Assembly: GCA_051546255.1 (NCBI GenBank)
Contig: CP128819.1
Location: 496,001-560,000, forward strand
From: Meyerozyma guilliermondii
Taxonomy: Eukaryota
Direction of reading: 5' to 3'
DNA length: 64,000 nt
Shown here in pieces: positions 20,151-30,312 of this stretch (positions are counted from its first letter, which is position 1; the number at the start of each line of letters is the position of its first letter). A program made the translations under genes and the position numbers. Below the pieces are notes generated by a model. That model saw only the letters and a list, made by a program, of their open reading frames with translations. It ran no database searches and was not told where the DNA came from.

Positions 20151-21764
20151 ATGAGTTTTCATGGAATCGAGTATTCCCCCGAAATGGTGGCCAATGCAAC
20201 CACCGTAGCTGATGATGGAATGCCCTCTATATTCAATTTTCCAGGAGGCAATCCCATGTTATTTTATATTGCACCAGATGAACCTCTTCGTAATGAATAT
20301 GTTCATAAAATCACGAATTATGGTGGTGTTATAGCTGATACAGAGCCACGTCCTTCGAATCAGATCATTTTGCTTTCATCTTATCATTTGGGACATCGTC
20401 TGGCCTACAAATTTCTGTTTGTTGATGACTCGATCGAGCAGGGAGCCGTGCAAAATTTGGATAATTACCGGTTTGGTTACGAAGGAGAAGCTGACGACGC
20501 GACCAACCACGCATACGAGGCAATCAAAGCGGTGGGTTCAAGCCCTGGAAGAACGGTGAGAAACGGAAGAATTACTCATCGGTTCAATAAAGTGAAGGAT
20601 GACTATATTTTGAAGCAGGTGCGAATGCACCCCAAGTACCGGAACTCGCACAAGTTCTTTGACGATCTTGCCAACCACCCTCAACTCGAGGGGCACACCG
20701 GTAACTCCATTCGTAGTCGGTTCAGAACTCACTTGGAACCTAAACTCGATTGGGTTTACAAGACCGCCTCGGACGGAAGCTTGATCAAAGATGAACATGG
20801 ACAATTGATAAGAGACACCCTTGACAATCTCCCAAAGACACTCAAAAATCGTTTCACCGCCGAGGAAGATTATGAATTGTGCCAAGCCATCGTCGACTTC
20901 AACCGAGCTCGGTTTTTCGGGGCCGCAGATGAGCATGGAATTGTCAGAGATGAAACTGGTAAGCCAAAGGAATTCGACTTGTATGGCCAACTTACAGTTC
21001 CTATCTCCTTCTTCTCAACGTTGGCAAAGACGAATCCAATGCACACACCTAATTCTTGGAGAGATCGTTACAGAAAATTTGTGTCTCGTTACGGTGCTAA
21101 AAAGTACATTGATTACTACGATAAGGTCACGGCATCAGGAGGCGTTCCCGAGCCAATTAAGGGTGACTCTCCTTCTACCGCCAAGGCCATCAAGCAATTG
21201 ATTGGACTGAACTACCGTAAAGACACTCAATCTGCTCTCGATGAGGAGATCAGCCAATTAAAGAGCTCCAACATCGATCTGGCCATCATCGCCCAGTCTC
21301 AGATTGCACCTGAGCCCCTCGTCAAATTCATTGACCGTGGAGCAACTCTCGAGTCCTTGATTAGCAATGCTTTCTTCCAAGTGCCTCAAGAAGAAGTCGA
21401 GCCTCGGATAACCGAGATTCTTGAAAGTTGTTCGCAAGATGATATAAGCGTATTGATTGAAAAGCTAAAGGCTACTGGCTTTGAGCCCAACTTCACGGCG
21501 CACATTGTTATGGCCACAAATGGAGATGTTGCTAAAATGCAAGAATATGTCCACGAGTTCTTACAAAGAATGAATACCCAAGCAATCGCTGACCCTTACG
21601 AGCTTGCCCAAATCAGCAGGAACGGGATCTGGACTCCTGAGACTGACGCTATGTTGTGCTCAGGAAATCCTGCTGATATAAAGAGACTTCAGCAGACCCA
21701 TGACCACGATGAAATTAAACGTCGTGGTAACTTCCTCAAGCTGATCGGAGTAAGTGTACCATAA
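20151..21764 (+). CDS. RAP1: Telomere/transcription factor Rap1
   Basis: BRCT-like N-terminus, Myb domains (HTGNSIRSRFR; FTAEEDYELC...HTPNSWRDRYRKF) and a C-terminal GIWTPETD RCT-like domain. Confidence 0.93.
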   Translation: MSFHGIEYSPEMVANATTVADDGMPSIFNFPGGNPMLFYIAPDEPLRNEYVHKITNYGGVIADTEPRPSNQIILLSSYHLGHRLAYKFLFVDDSIEQGAVQNLDNYRFGYEGEADDATNHAYEAIKAVGSSPGRTVRNGRITHRFNKVKDDYILKQVRMHPKYRNSHKFFDDLANHPQLEGHTGNSIRSRFRTHLEPKLDWVYKTASDGSLIKDEHGQLIRDTLDNLPKTLKNRFTAEEDYELCQAIVDFNRARFFGAADEHGIVRDETGKPKEFDLYGQLTVPISFFSTLAKTNPMHTPNSWRDRYRKFVSRYGAKKYIDYYDKVTASGGVPEPIKGDSPSTAKAIKQLIGLNYRKDTQSALDEEISQLKSSNIDLAIIAQSQIAPEPLVKFIDRGATLESLISNAFFQVPQEEVEPRITEILESCSQDDISVLIEKLKATGFEPNFTAHIVMATNGDVAKMQEYVHEFLQRMNTQAIADPYELAQISRNGIWTPETDAMLCSGNPADIKRLQQTHDHDEIKRRGNFLKLIGVSVP

Positions 21765-22048
21765 TGTGAAGTATTGTATATTAGTGAGTGTTTTTTGTTA
21801 GGCTAGAATTTTTATGCTAAGCGAATTTTAAAATGTAATTTGAACATAAAATGAATGTCAACTCAACCAACTCAACGAATGTTACGCCGCCAACAACACT
21901 GGACTCTCTTGAAGTCTTTTATTTGTTCCTTATCTGTATATGTATCTACATTTTCATTCTCATGATTGAAATCATGGGACAGGATACATCCACAAAAGCT
22001 ACAAATTCATAAGAAAGAAACAGCATATATTGGTATCAAACGAAACAA

Positions 22049-23131
22049 TCAGTTGGAAAGAATACCCCAGTATTTTTCAGCGTTGTAAGGACCATCAGCC
22101 TTCCACAAGTCATTGAAAGCGGTGAACAAAGTTACATCGTTACCACAAGAGCCGACAATCGAGTCGACAGCAGACTTTTGGTTGGACTTGGATGGGACAG
22201 CAACGCCATTGGAGTCACCCTTAGATGGCCAGCCAGTCTCAGTGACGAAAACGGACTTGTCACTTCCACAAGCGTCAGCAACTCTTTGGATTTGCAACAA
22301 GACCCAGTCACCGGCTTGTTCAGCAGTAACATGACCATCGAAGAAAGCGTGAGCGTTGATAGCCATGTAGTCGGAGTACTTACACAAGCCAGGGTTGTTA
22401 ATAATGGCAATGAAGGTGTCGACGGAAACAACAGGACCAGTGTATCCAGCAGCTTTCAAAGCAGACTTGGCAGTGGAAACGTATTCACCGATTTGGGACA
22501 CGGAAGCTTGACCACCGTTGACCAATTCGTTACCGACGGAAACAGTGTGGACATGGTCCCATCCACCGTTAGCCTTAACAGCGGAAGACAAGGTCGAGAC
22601 ACCAGATTCGATGTTGGCAACATCATAGATACCAGCAAAAATCTTTTGCGAGTCGGACTTGGCAGACATAACAGCGTTGACTTGGTCACAGTCGACACCG
22701 TACAATCTAATGATGTTGTAACCACTCAATTGTTGGATTTCGGAAGCAATCTGCGAGGAGGATTTACATCCACCATCGTCAGAGTAAGGGGAGTAAGTGA
22801 TACCCTTGGCACCACTGGAACCAGCGCCACCAGATGGTTGGGACGAAGCTGAGCCAGTAGCAGAGGCAGTACCGGTCTCGAACGAGGAAGGGTTGGTGAA
22901 ACCGGAAGGTTGACCTTGAGGAATCACGGTGGTTGGGTCTACCGACACGGAAGCGGTACTCAAGGAAACTTTGGGAACAGCAGTAGTAACATCACCGTTG
23001 GCACCAGCAATCACAACAGTGGTTTGGGTGACAACCTTGACATCTCTCTTGTGTTCATGGTGTTGGTGTTGCAATGGAACGGCAGCAACAAGAGCCACGG
23101 TGGCAGCGGAAACAAGCGATTTAAACAACAT
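22049..23131 (-). CDS. SCW4: GH17 cell-wall glucanase Scw4/Scw10 (Mp65-like)
   Basis: Signal peptide, HEHKR Kex2 site, Ser/Thr linker, GITYSPY, IRLYGVDC, VSVGNE and VTETGWPS. Strong codon bias. Confidence 0.93.
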   Translation of the reverse strand: MLFKSLVSAATVALVAAVPLQHQHHEHKRDVKVVTQTTVVIAGANGDVTTAVPKVSLSTASVSVDPTTVIPQGQPSGFTNPSSFETGTASATGSASSQPSGGAGSSGAKGITYSPYSDDGGCKSSSQIASEIQQLSGYNIIRLYGVDCDQVNAVMSAKSDSQKIFAGIYDVANIESGVSTLSSAVKANGGWDHVHTVSVGNELVNGGQASVSQIGEYVSTAKSALKAAGYTGPVVSVDTFIAIINNPGLCKYSDYMAINAHAFFDGHVTAEQAGDWVLLQIQRVADACGSDKSVFVTETGWPSKGDSNGVAVPSKSNQKSAVDSIVGSCGNDVTLFTAFNDLWKADGPYNAEKYWGILSN

Positions 23132-23439
23132 AGCAAAACGGGACGATCTAAAAAGAAGGACTGAAACGGGTATCTAGGGATAGGATTTGGTGCAAGGAGC
23201 GACTGTAGATACGGCCAGGTTCTAAACTATAAGTCCAGTTAATTGACGGCTTTTTAAAAGAGTGTAAAAAGGTAAAAAAAAACAAACTGGGCGAGCGCGA
23301 TTTTTTTATACAAATTCGTGCCCAGGCAATTTCGCACAAGGGATAGTGTTACCCTCGGAATTCGCATTGCTTTGGTTTGTAACCGCGACCAATTCCGGTG
23401 GCGCCAAGCGTCGACAATTCAACAAGGTAGACGATGCAA

Positions 23440-23601
23440 CACGAAAAGATGAGGACTTTGATTAATTTAAGTTAAACGGAAATTTATTGTAGGTTATAAA
23501 CGATTCGGTTTATCAAGCTTTTCTTGTGAATATGTGTAATACTACAATTTAGCCGACATGCTGAAACAGTATTGAGACTACTGAGGTTTGATGATGTTTC
23601 A
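23440..23601. promoter_or_regulatory. SCB and paired pheromone-response-like elements upstream of SCW4
   Basis: CACGAAA at 23440-23446, TGAAACA at 23562-23568 and TGTTTCA at 23595-23601. Confidence 0.45.
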
Positions 23602-25421
23602 CGTTGCCTGATATCCTCTTACTCCTTTGGTCGACTTAGCAACCGCATTCTTCGATCCCGTGTTTCTTTGCACGTCATAAGGGGCATCGACTGAGCGTGC
23701 ATACGCATACCCGCATCGGGTATTATTTACATTTACATAATACACCACTTGGGAAGGACTCGGTCGTATTGGGCGAGTTTCGAGGGTGGTGCACGTGACT
23801 CGCGATTCTGGGCTCATTAGCGGGGGCGGGCGACTGCTGATTTTCCCGCTTTGAATCTTAGGCAAAGGAGAGCCCGCTCCAGACAACGTTTGAATAAATT
23901 TTGTCGCTTTGGTCTAGACGGGTATGGTTGCAGATGGATGAGCCGGAATGCCTATTGTGTATTGGACGTGCGTGGGACGTGCGCCGAACGTGCATCAGAT
24001 ATTGCATCAACCGTCGTCGTCAATATGGGTGTATAGGTGTATCTCTTACGACGGACTGCACGTAGTTTCAAGACCGCGTTGACGCATTACCAAAACGTTA
24101 TAGTGCATGCGTCGATTCGAAACACTACGTCATATGGGGTCCTTGAAACATAAGGTAACGGTCTGGAACAGCAGTAATTTGGCTGAAAATATTGCCGTGG
24201 ATAAGTTCTGATTTTTGTGCGCTTGTAGCTGTATGTAAGAGGGATTTTGTGAGACTGGTTTTTTCAGTTAAAATTTTTCATTTTGTATTTTTTTAAAAAT
24301 TTGCAATTTGTCCATGTGCAAAAAATAATTTGCATATGTTGAAAAAGATGTAGATCGTGGTATCTTCTAATTTATGGTAGCTCGTGATCCCTTTATCAAA
24401 CTCGGTAGATGATTAAACCGTTGAGTAGGAAAAGGCTGCAAAATTGTAGTGATGAAGGCGCAATAAGAGTAACAACTTACGATGAAGATACAACTTTCTT
24501 GATCAAACCATCAAACAAGGCTGTGTAGTTGATGCTAATGGCTATTGGAGCCAAGTATTACAAGTAAATCCGTTGCAATTCAATCATTGTCATCTACTTT
24601 ACCAATGGCACCCGTTGCACCGACTATAAGAATTCAACTGATTTTCGCTCATGGTCCTCAACTTCATGTACTCCGAAGGAACCTTTAGACTAGTCGCTAA
24701 AGCCAGTTATAAAGCCAGTTGTTTGAGTTTGATAGGCTTACAACACATACAATAATTTTAACCAACATTCTTTCCACAATGTTCAAATTCTCATGCTACC
24801 AGCACAGCATTCCAGCAACAAGATCTTCATAGCTCAACCCACTCAATACGCAGAATAGGGCCGTGGTTACGATGACTGTACACAAATTTTGCAAGTTTAA
24901 AATGGCTGCAAATTTGTATATGAATTAGGGTAAGTATAGGACTCAAAAATGAAAGTCAAAAAACAAAAGCCGAATAAACCGACCAAATGACTCAACTACT
25001 CTCTCCTTTCGTAATCGTACCATCACTCGCCATTTTAGTATATTAATATTCGTATTGCTGTTCTAGTCAACCCAGATCTTATTAAGCGAGATCCTGCATA
25101 TCACCCAGGAACATTACGTGCAACGCTTCAATTTGTCTGCCCCAACTTCACCCTTGTATACTCCCCAAATAACAAGAGTACGGTTTTTGATCGCAACTAT
25201 TTACAATTAACATCCATAGTCCCTGCTACTGTCGGAAGATTGTATATTGATCACTTTTCCATCCATTATAGTCTCAATTGCTATCGGGCAAGACTAGGTG
25301 ATTTGATGGATGACTACTAGATTCTCCGATCCGATCTTTCATAAATACAAAAACTTGTACACATATCGTGAGGTGAACCACCAGCAACATATACGAGTAA
25401 TAATTGACGGTGATCTAAAGA

Positions 25422-28400
25422 ATGACACCAGATTTTGAGGACAAAGAGAACCTCAACTTGGGGGCCAAAGGCGCCGTTCCCCCCAATGCCGACCTGATCT
25501 ACGTTGATCTAATGGAAGAAGACGATGAAAGTGCGGAGCAGATAGTGATAGATGAGGAGGACGACGATGAAGAAGATGAAGATGATCAGGAAATGGCTGA
25601 AGACACTGAACCTGTCACTCGTCGAGCAACCGCCCCTGATCCAAGGCTGACAGCAATTCCAAAAGCAAATGAGTTTGAAAAGCTAGCTAAGCGCCTCATG
25701 AAACCCCTTCCTGATTATCCTGTCGCTGACGAAACTCATCACGTTTGGACTATAGACTCGTGGTCGAGTTTACGTGAGAATAAGATTAGGGGTCCTACGT
25801 TCAAGTGTGGCGGATACGAGTGGAATGTGCTCTTATTCCCTCGTGGCAACAACAACACTCACATCTCCATCTACCTTGAGCCCCACAAAATTCTTGACGA
25901 CAAGAATATGAGGGCGGACGATTGGTACGTCTGTGCTCAATTCGCATTGGATATCTGGAACCCCAGCTATCCAGAGTGTCACCTTCCCAGCGGCTCATTC
26001 CACAGATTTAACAAGAATGAAACCGACTGGGGGTTTTCCACATTCATCGATCTTGGCCAGTTGAATTCGACTCGAAGGTTTAACAATGGCCATGCCATAT
26101 TGGAAAAGAACACCCTTAACATCACTGCCTATGTCAGGATCATAGATGATTCTTCCACTGGTGTGTTATGGCACTCTTTTCTCGATTACGACTCCAAGGC
26201 TAGTACTGGCTACGTCGGGCTCAGTAATCAGGGTGCGACGTGCTACTTGAATTCACTTCTTCAGTCATACTACACAACCAAGATCTTTCGCGACCTAGTT
26301 TACCAGATCCCCACGGAAACTCACAAAAAGGGTCAGTCAGTCTCTCTAGAGTTGCAGCGTATTTTCTACCTATTACTGACTTCCTCAGAAGCAGTGGGAA
26401 CTTTGGAGTTGACAAAGTCCTTTGGATGGGATTCTTCTGAAGCATTTACACAGCATGATGTTCAAGAAATGAACCGTATATTAATGGATAGACTTGAGCT
26501 GGCCATGAAAGGAAGTGCCATCGATGGTTCGTTGAACGATATATTTGTGGGCAAGATGAAATCTTACATCAAGTGCGTAAATGTCTCTTATGAATCGTCA
26601 AGAGAAGAAGACTTTTGGGATATTCAATTGAACGTCAAGGGATTCTCCAACTTGGAAGCATCTTTTAAGAACTATATCGAGATTGAAATGCTTGATGGAG
26701 AAAATAAGTACCAAGCAGGCGATGAACACGGGTACCAAGATGCCAAAAAGGGAGTCGTTTTCCGATCATTCCCACCAGTTCTTCATTTGCAATTGAAGAG
26801 ATTCGAGTATGACTTTATGGTCGACGATATGGTGAAGATTGACGATTTGTACGAGTTCCCCGACTCAATTGACTTGAAGCCATACTTGGATGAAGATTTG
26901 CCTTCTGAAGTTAAATCTCAGAACTGGACTTACAAGCTTCATGGTGTTCTAGTACACCAAGGAAGCATTTCTAATGGCCACTATTATGCCATGATTAAAC
27001 CCGAAGCCTCCTCAGACTCGTGGCTTCGATTCGACGATGATAAAGTATGGAAAGCAACTCATACTCAGGTATTCAAGGAAAACTTTGGGGCTAGTGAGTT
27101 GACGTCTCAAGAATTCGCCAGGCTCTCCAGAGCTGACCAAAACGAATATCTCATCCGCCGAGCTACATCGGCTTATATGTTGGTTTACTATCGAGAGTCG
27201 GAATTGGATTCAATATTACCAAAAGACAACGCCTCCATTGATAGTCACATTCCAAAACACATTCCAACTCAAATCAAAGCTGAAACTGAAGAGAAAGAGC
27301 GCGTAGAGAAAGTCAGAGAGGAAGCCTCGTATTACATCAATGTTAAGTGTGTGTCAGTGGACAGTTACAATGCATACTCAGGCTTTGATTTATACCCTGA
27401 CCCCACTATGCCAAAGTACTACGATGAGTCGTTGGTGAAGCCTGAATCTTTGCCCCACGTATTCAAAATGAAGAAAGAAGATAAGATTACCAAAGTATAC
27501 GAGAGAGTTGGGGTGCAATTACAGTATCTTGCAGAGGGCACGCAGATTACTGAAGACGAGATAGACTCTCTTCCATTCCGCTTACTTCTTGTGAACCACC
27601 GTAATAATCATACAAACAGAACGGATACTCCAATCCCGCCCAAGCTTCGAGACCACACGATTAATGCAGTATATGTCAAATGTTACAATCGTGGATTTGA
27701 CGAGATGGTGTTGTTTGTCGAGGAATTGAGAAAGGACCTCTTTAATGTGGTTTCCAACATATCAAACAAAGACAAAATTGAGCCTCTGAAATTTTCATTT
27801 GAAAATGTGTCCAAGGAAATCGAAAGCAGCAAGTTGGACATTGAGAAACAGAAATTTCATGACATCTTTGATTATTCAGCGCACATCACCATCTTCTTGA
27901 AATACTATGATACTGCGTCGAATAATTTGTACGGGTTGACTCATGTGACTGTCGAGAAACAGGCAAAAATCGATTCACTCACTTCTTACATTAATTCACT
28001 TCTTGGGTTCGAAGAAGACAACCATCTTGAATACTTTGAAGAATTGTCTCAGTTGAAGATTGAACCGGTGGACCAGCTGTTGTCTTTTGAGAAACATGAG
28101 CTCAGTAATGGTGACATACTCGCCGTTCAATCTTTGTCAGAGGAAAAGAAAAACGTACAAGAATTTTATAACTTTTTGCTTACCAGACTCCACATCAAAG
28201 TGAGTCCGTTCAAAGCTGAAAAAGAAGAGGAAGACAGCGACTACGTAGCTGATAACCTGGATAGCGAAGTTCAAAAGTCGTCTGTGAAACCTACTGATAA
28301 TCAGACTTTTGATTTTTGGGTGTCAACCCAATACAGTTACGATGACTTAGCAAAGAAGATTGCACAGCATTTGGGCCCTGATGTTGATGCTGAATACTTG

Positions 28401-29264
28401 AGGTTGTTCATCGTGAACTACCAGGGAGTCAGATACCCATTGAAATCTAGCCATCATTTGTCACAATTCTTTTCGAGGCTGGTTCCGCTTTCGCAGATCA
28501 CTAATTTCGAGTATGAAGTGCTTAATATCAAACTTAAGGAATACGAGAACATGCGGTCGATAAAGGTAAATTGGGTAACTTCTTTGGTCCTGGCACAGTT
28601 GTACGATTTGTTGATACCTAAGACAGGTTTAGTATCTGACCTCATTAAGAAATTGATTCACAAGGCAGGGGTGAAGGAGGAGGTTGTACATGATATGTTG
28701 GTGTGGACAGGACAAGATCACAAGTATGTCGATTTGGTTCGATTTGATCGCAAGATCGACACCTTACCGGATAACGTTGACATTTACGCAGGGATCTTTC
28801 CAGCAGAGGTTCAGATATTGTTGGAGTTTGACATGATCAAACGGTTCAAAGAAGTGCCGGGCAATGTCAATGACATTTTGGATGAAAGTACGAAAACAGA
28901 ATTGAAGCTTGCCCAAGGGTCGGCCAAGAAATTGAATATGATTCCTGCTTTTCACTTTCACAGAAACAGCACATATCATCATGGTATCCCATTTATTTTC
29001 CCAGTCTACCCTGACGAAAAGTTTGCCCGAACTGCAGAGCGATTAAGGAAGCGTCTTGGGGTAAGTCCGCAAGCGTTCAGCAAGATCAAGATTGCCTTAG
29101 CTGATGCGAATGATAAGGGTCGCTATCTAAACACCGAGAGTGAATCATTGAACTTGTTTGATGAAATATTGAATTGTGATGCGTCAATGTCGCTAGCTCT
29201 CGATCACTATGACCGATCTCCCAAGAGAGGTGCTGCTTATGATAAGGGCATTTCCATCAAATAA
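25422..29264 (+). CDS. UBP15: Ubiquitin-specific protease Ubp15 (USP7 orthologue)
   Basis: MATH domain (HRFNKNETDWGF), Cys box GLSNQGATCYLNS, His box HQGSISNGHYYA and a long UBL-type C-terminus. Confidence 0.95.
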   Translation: MTPDFEDKENLNLGAKGAVPPNADLIYVDLMEEDDESAEQIVIDEEDDDEEDEDDQEMAEDTEPVTRRATAPDPRLTAIPKANEFEKLAKRLMKPLPDYPVADETHHVWTIDSWSSLRENKIRGPTFKCGGYEWNVLLFPRGNNNTHISIYLEPHKILDDKNMRADDWYVCAQFALDIWNPSYPECHLPSGSFHRFNKNETDWGFSTFIDLGQLNSTRRFNNGHAILEKNTLNITAYVRIIDDSSTGVLWHSFLDYDSKASTGYVGLSNQGATCYLNSLLQSYYTTKIFRDLVYQIPTETHKKGQSVSLELQRIFYLLLTSSEAVGTLELTKSFGWDSSEAFTQHDVQEMNRILMDRLELAMKGSAIDGSLNDIFVGKMKSYIKCVNVSYESSREEDFWDIQLNVKGFSNLEASFKNYIEIEMLDGENKYQAGDEHGYQDAKKGVVFRSFPPVLHLQLKRFEYDFMVDDMVKIDDLYEFPDSIDLKPYLDEDLPSEVKSQNWTYKLHGVLVHQGSISNGHYYAMIKPEASSDSWLRFDDDKVWKATHTQVFKENFGASELTSQEFARLSRADQNEYLIRRATSAYMLVYYRESELDSILPKDNASIDSHIPKHIPTQIKAETEEKERVEKVREEASYYINVKCVSVDSYNAYSGFDLYPDPTMPKYYDESLVKPESLPHVFKMKKEDKITKVYERVGVQLQYLAEGTQITEDEIDSLPFRLLLVNHRNNHTNRTDTPIPPKLRDHTINAVYVKCYNRGFDEMVLFVEELRKDLFNVVSNISNKDKIEPLKFSFENVSKEIESSKLDIEKQKFHDIFDYSAHITIFLKYYDTASNNLYGLTHVTVEKQAKIDSLTSYINSLLGFEEDNHLEYFEELSQLKIEPVDQLLSFEKHELSNGDILAVQSLSEEKKNVQEFYNFLLTRLHIKVSPFKAEKEEEDSDYVADNLDSEVQKSSVKPTDNQTFDFWVSTQYSYDDLAKKIAQHLGPDVDAEYLRLFIVNYQGVRYPLKSSHHLSQFFSRLVPLSQITNFEYEVLNIKLKEYENMRSIKVNWVTSLVLAQLYDLLIPKTGLVSDLIKKLIHKAGVKEEVVHDMLVWTGQDHKYVDLVRFDRKIDTLPDNVDIYAGIFPAEVQILLEFDMIKRFKEVPGNVNDILDESTKTELKLAQGSAKKLNMIPAFHFHRNSTYHHGIPFIFPVYPDEKFARTAERLRKRLGVSPQAFSKIKIALADANDKGRYLNTESESLNLFDEILNCDASMSLALDHYDRSPKRGAAYDKGISIK

Positions 29265-29354
29265 ATCAATCGTCAATCACTAGCAAATAAATAGGACGAA
29301 TTTTCATTCATTAGCAAATAATAATATTCACATTGAGTCGTATTAACATGGTCA

Positions 29355-30239
29355 TTACGTGCTATTACTCTTGTAAGTTTCCTTATATATATATTCACGG
29401 ATGTCAGTAGAACTGATCTTACCTTTCCAACTGTTGTCTTCGCGGCTGTCTTCACCTCCGACCACTTTAATGGTGATGATGTCCAAACTGGGAAACCCTC
29501 GTTCATTACGGTAATTGTTAACATAGGCACCACCCTTTGCTGACTCCTCGCTGACCACTAAACAGTCGATATCTTTCACAAAACCAGTGGGCCCGCAAAC
29601 ATCATTTATCTCATAAACGTCATATCTCACATTTCCGTCCAATAGACGATTGACAAGGGCTATAGTGCGCTTCATTCGTACTTCAAATGACTCTAGACAT
29701 TCAGCATATTTTTTGTTTTTGAGCAATGCCTGGCCAGTAATACCGATGATGAGCTTTCTCTTTGCCAAAAACGCAGCCACTGAAAGTAGTATTTTGTGCC
29801 CATCATGGATATGATCAAACGTTCCTCCCAAGGCAGAGACATTGTACTTTTTGGAGATTTTGGGAGCAATTTGTCGCTCAATGGTTCTCGGTTCACTTTC
29901 AAGCTTTTGGATCGAATAATCAACCTTGATATGTTCTTCAATATCTTTTGAAACATACACCTTTTGAGTACCAGGTGTGATTTTGGACACTCCAGTATTG
30001 AATAAAATTGTTATACCCAATTTATAGTCACATCCCGCTTCGGTAAACTGGTGCCGAAGACAACTATATGTAGTTGCAAGTGCCTCATTCAATTGCTCAA
30101 CTTGGTTGATTGGCTTAAGAGTCAACACATCAACTTGTTCGAGAGAGTTGAGATTACCATTAAGATGCCCAACCACCTCTTGAAATATATCCGCATAATC
30201 ATTGGCAGTAATGTCCAGCACCAATATTGCAATCGTCAT
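29355..30239 (-). CDS. CAB4: Phosphopantetheine adenylyltransferase
   Basis: ALGGTFDHIHDGHKILL, DVCGPTG and KISSTDIR motifs. Confidence 0.92.
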   Translation of the reverse strand: MTIAILVLDITANDYADIFQEVVGHLNGNLNSLEQVDVLTLKPINQVEQLNEALATTYSCLRHQFTEAGCDYKLGITILFNTGVSKITPGTQKVYVSKDIEEHIKVDYSIQKLESEPRTIERQIAPKISKKYNVSALGGTFDHIHDGHKILLSVAAFLAKRKLIIGITGQALLKNKKYAECLESFEVRMKRTIALVNRLLDGNVRYDVYEINDVCGPTGFVKDIDCLVVSEESAKGGAYVNNYRNERGFPSLDIITIKVVGGEDSREDNSWKGKISSTDIREYIYKETYKSNST

Positions 30240-30312
30240 GCCGATTAGATGAAGTTGTGGAATCTCACCTTGGTGCTCGGTGCAGGAAAACAGGCTGCAA
30301 AACTATATTCAG

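Noticed and set aside
19903..20199. 98-aa minus-strand ORF upstream of RAP1
   Set aside because: Non-ATG start, overlaps the RAP1 promoter and start, and has no motif.
22178..22852. 224-aa plus-strand ORF
   Set aside because: Antisense shadow of the highly codon-biased SCW4.
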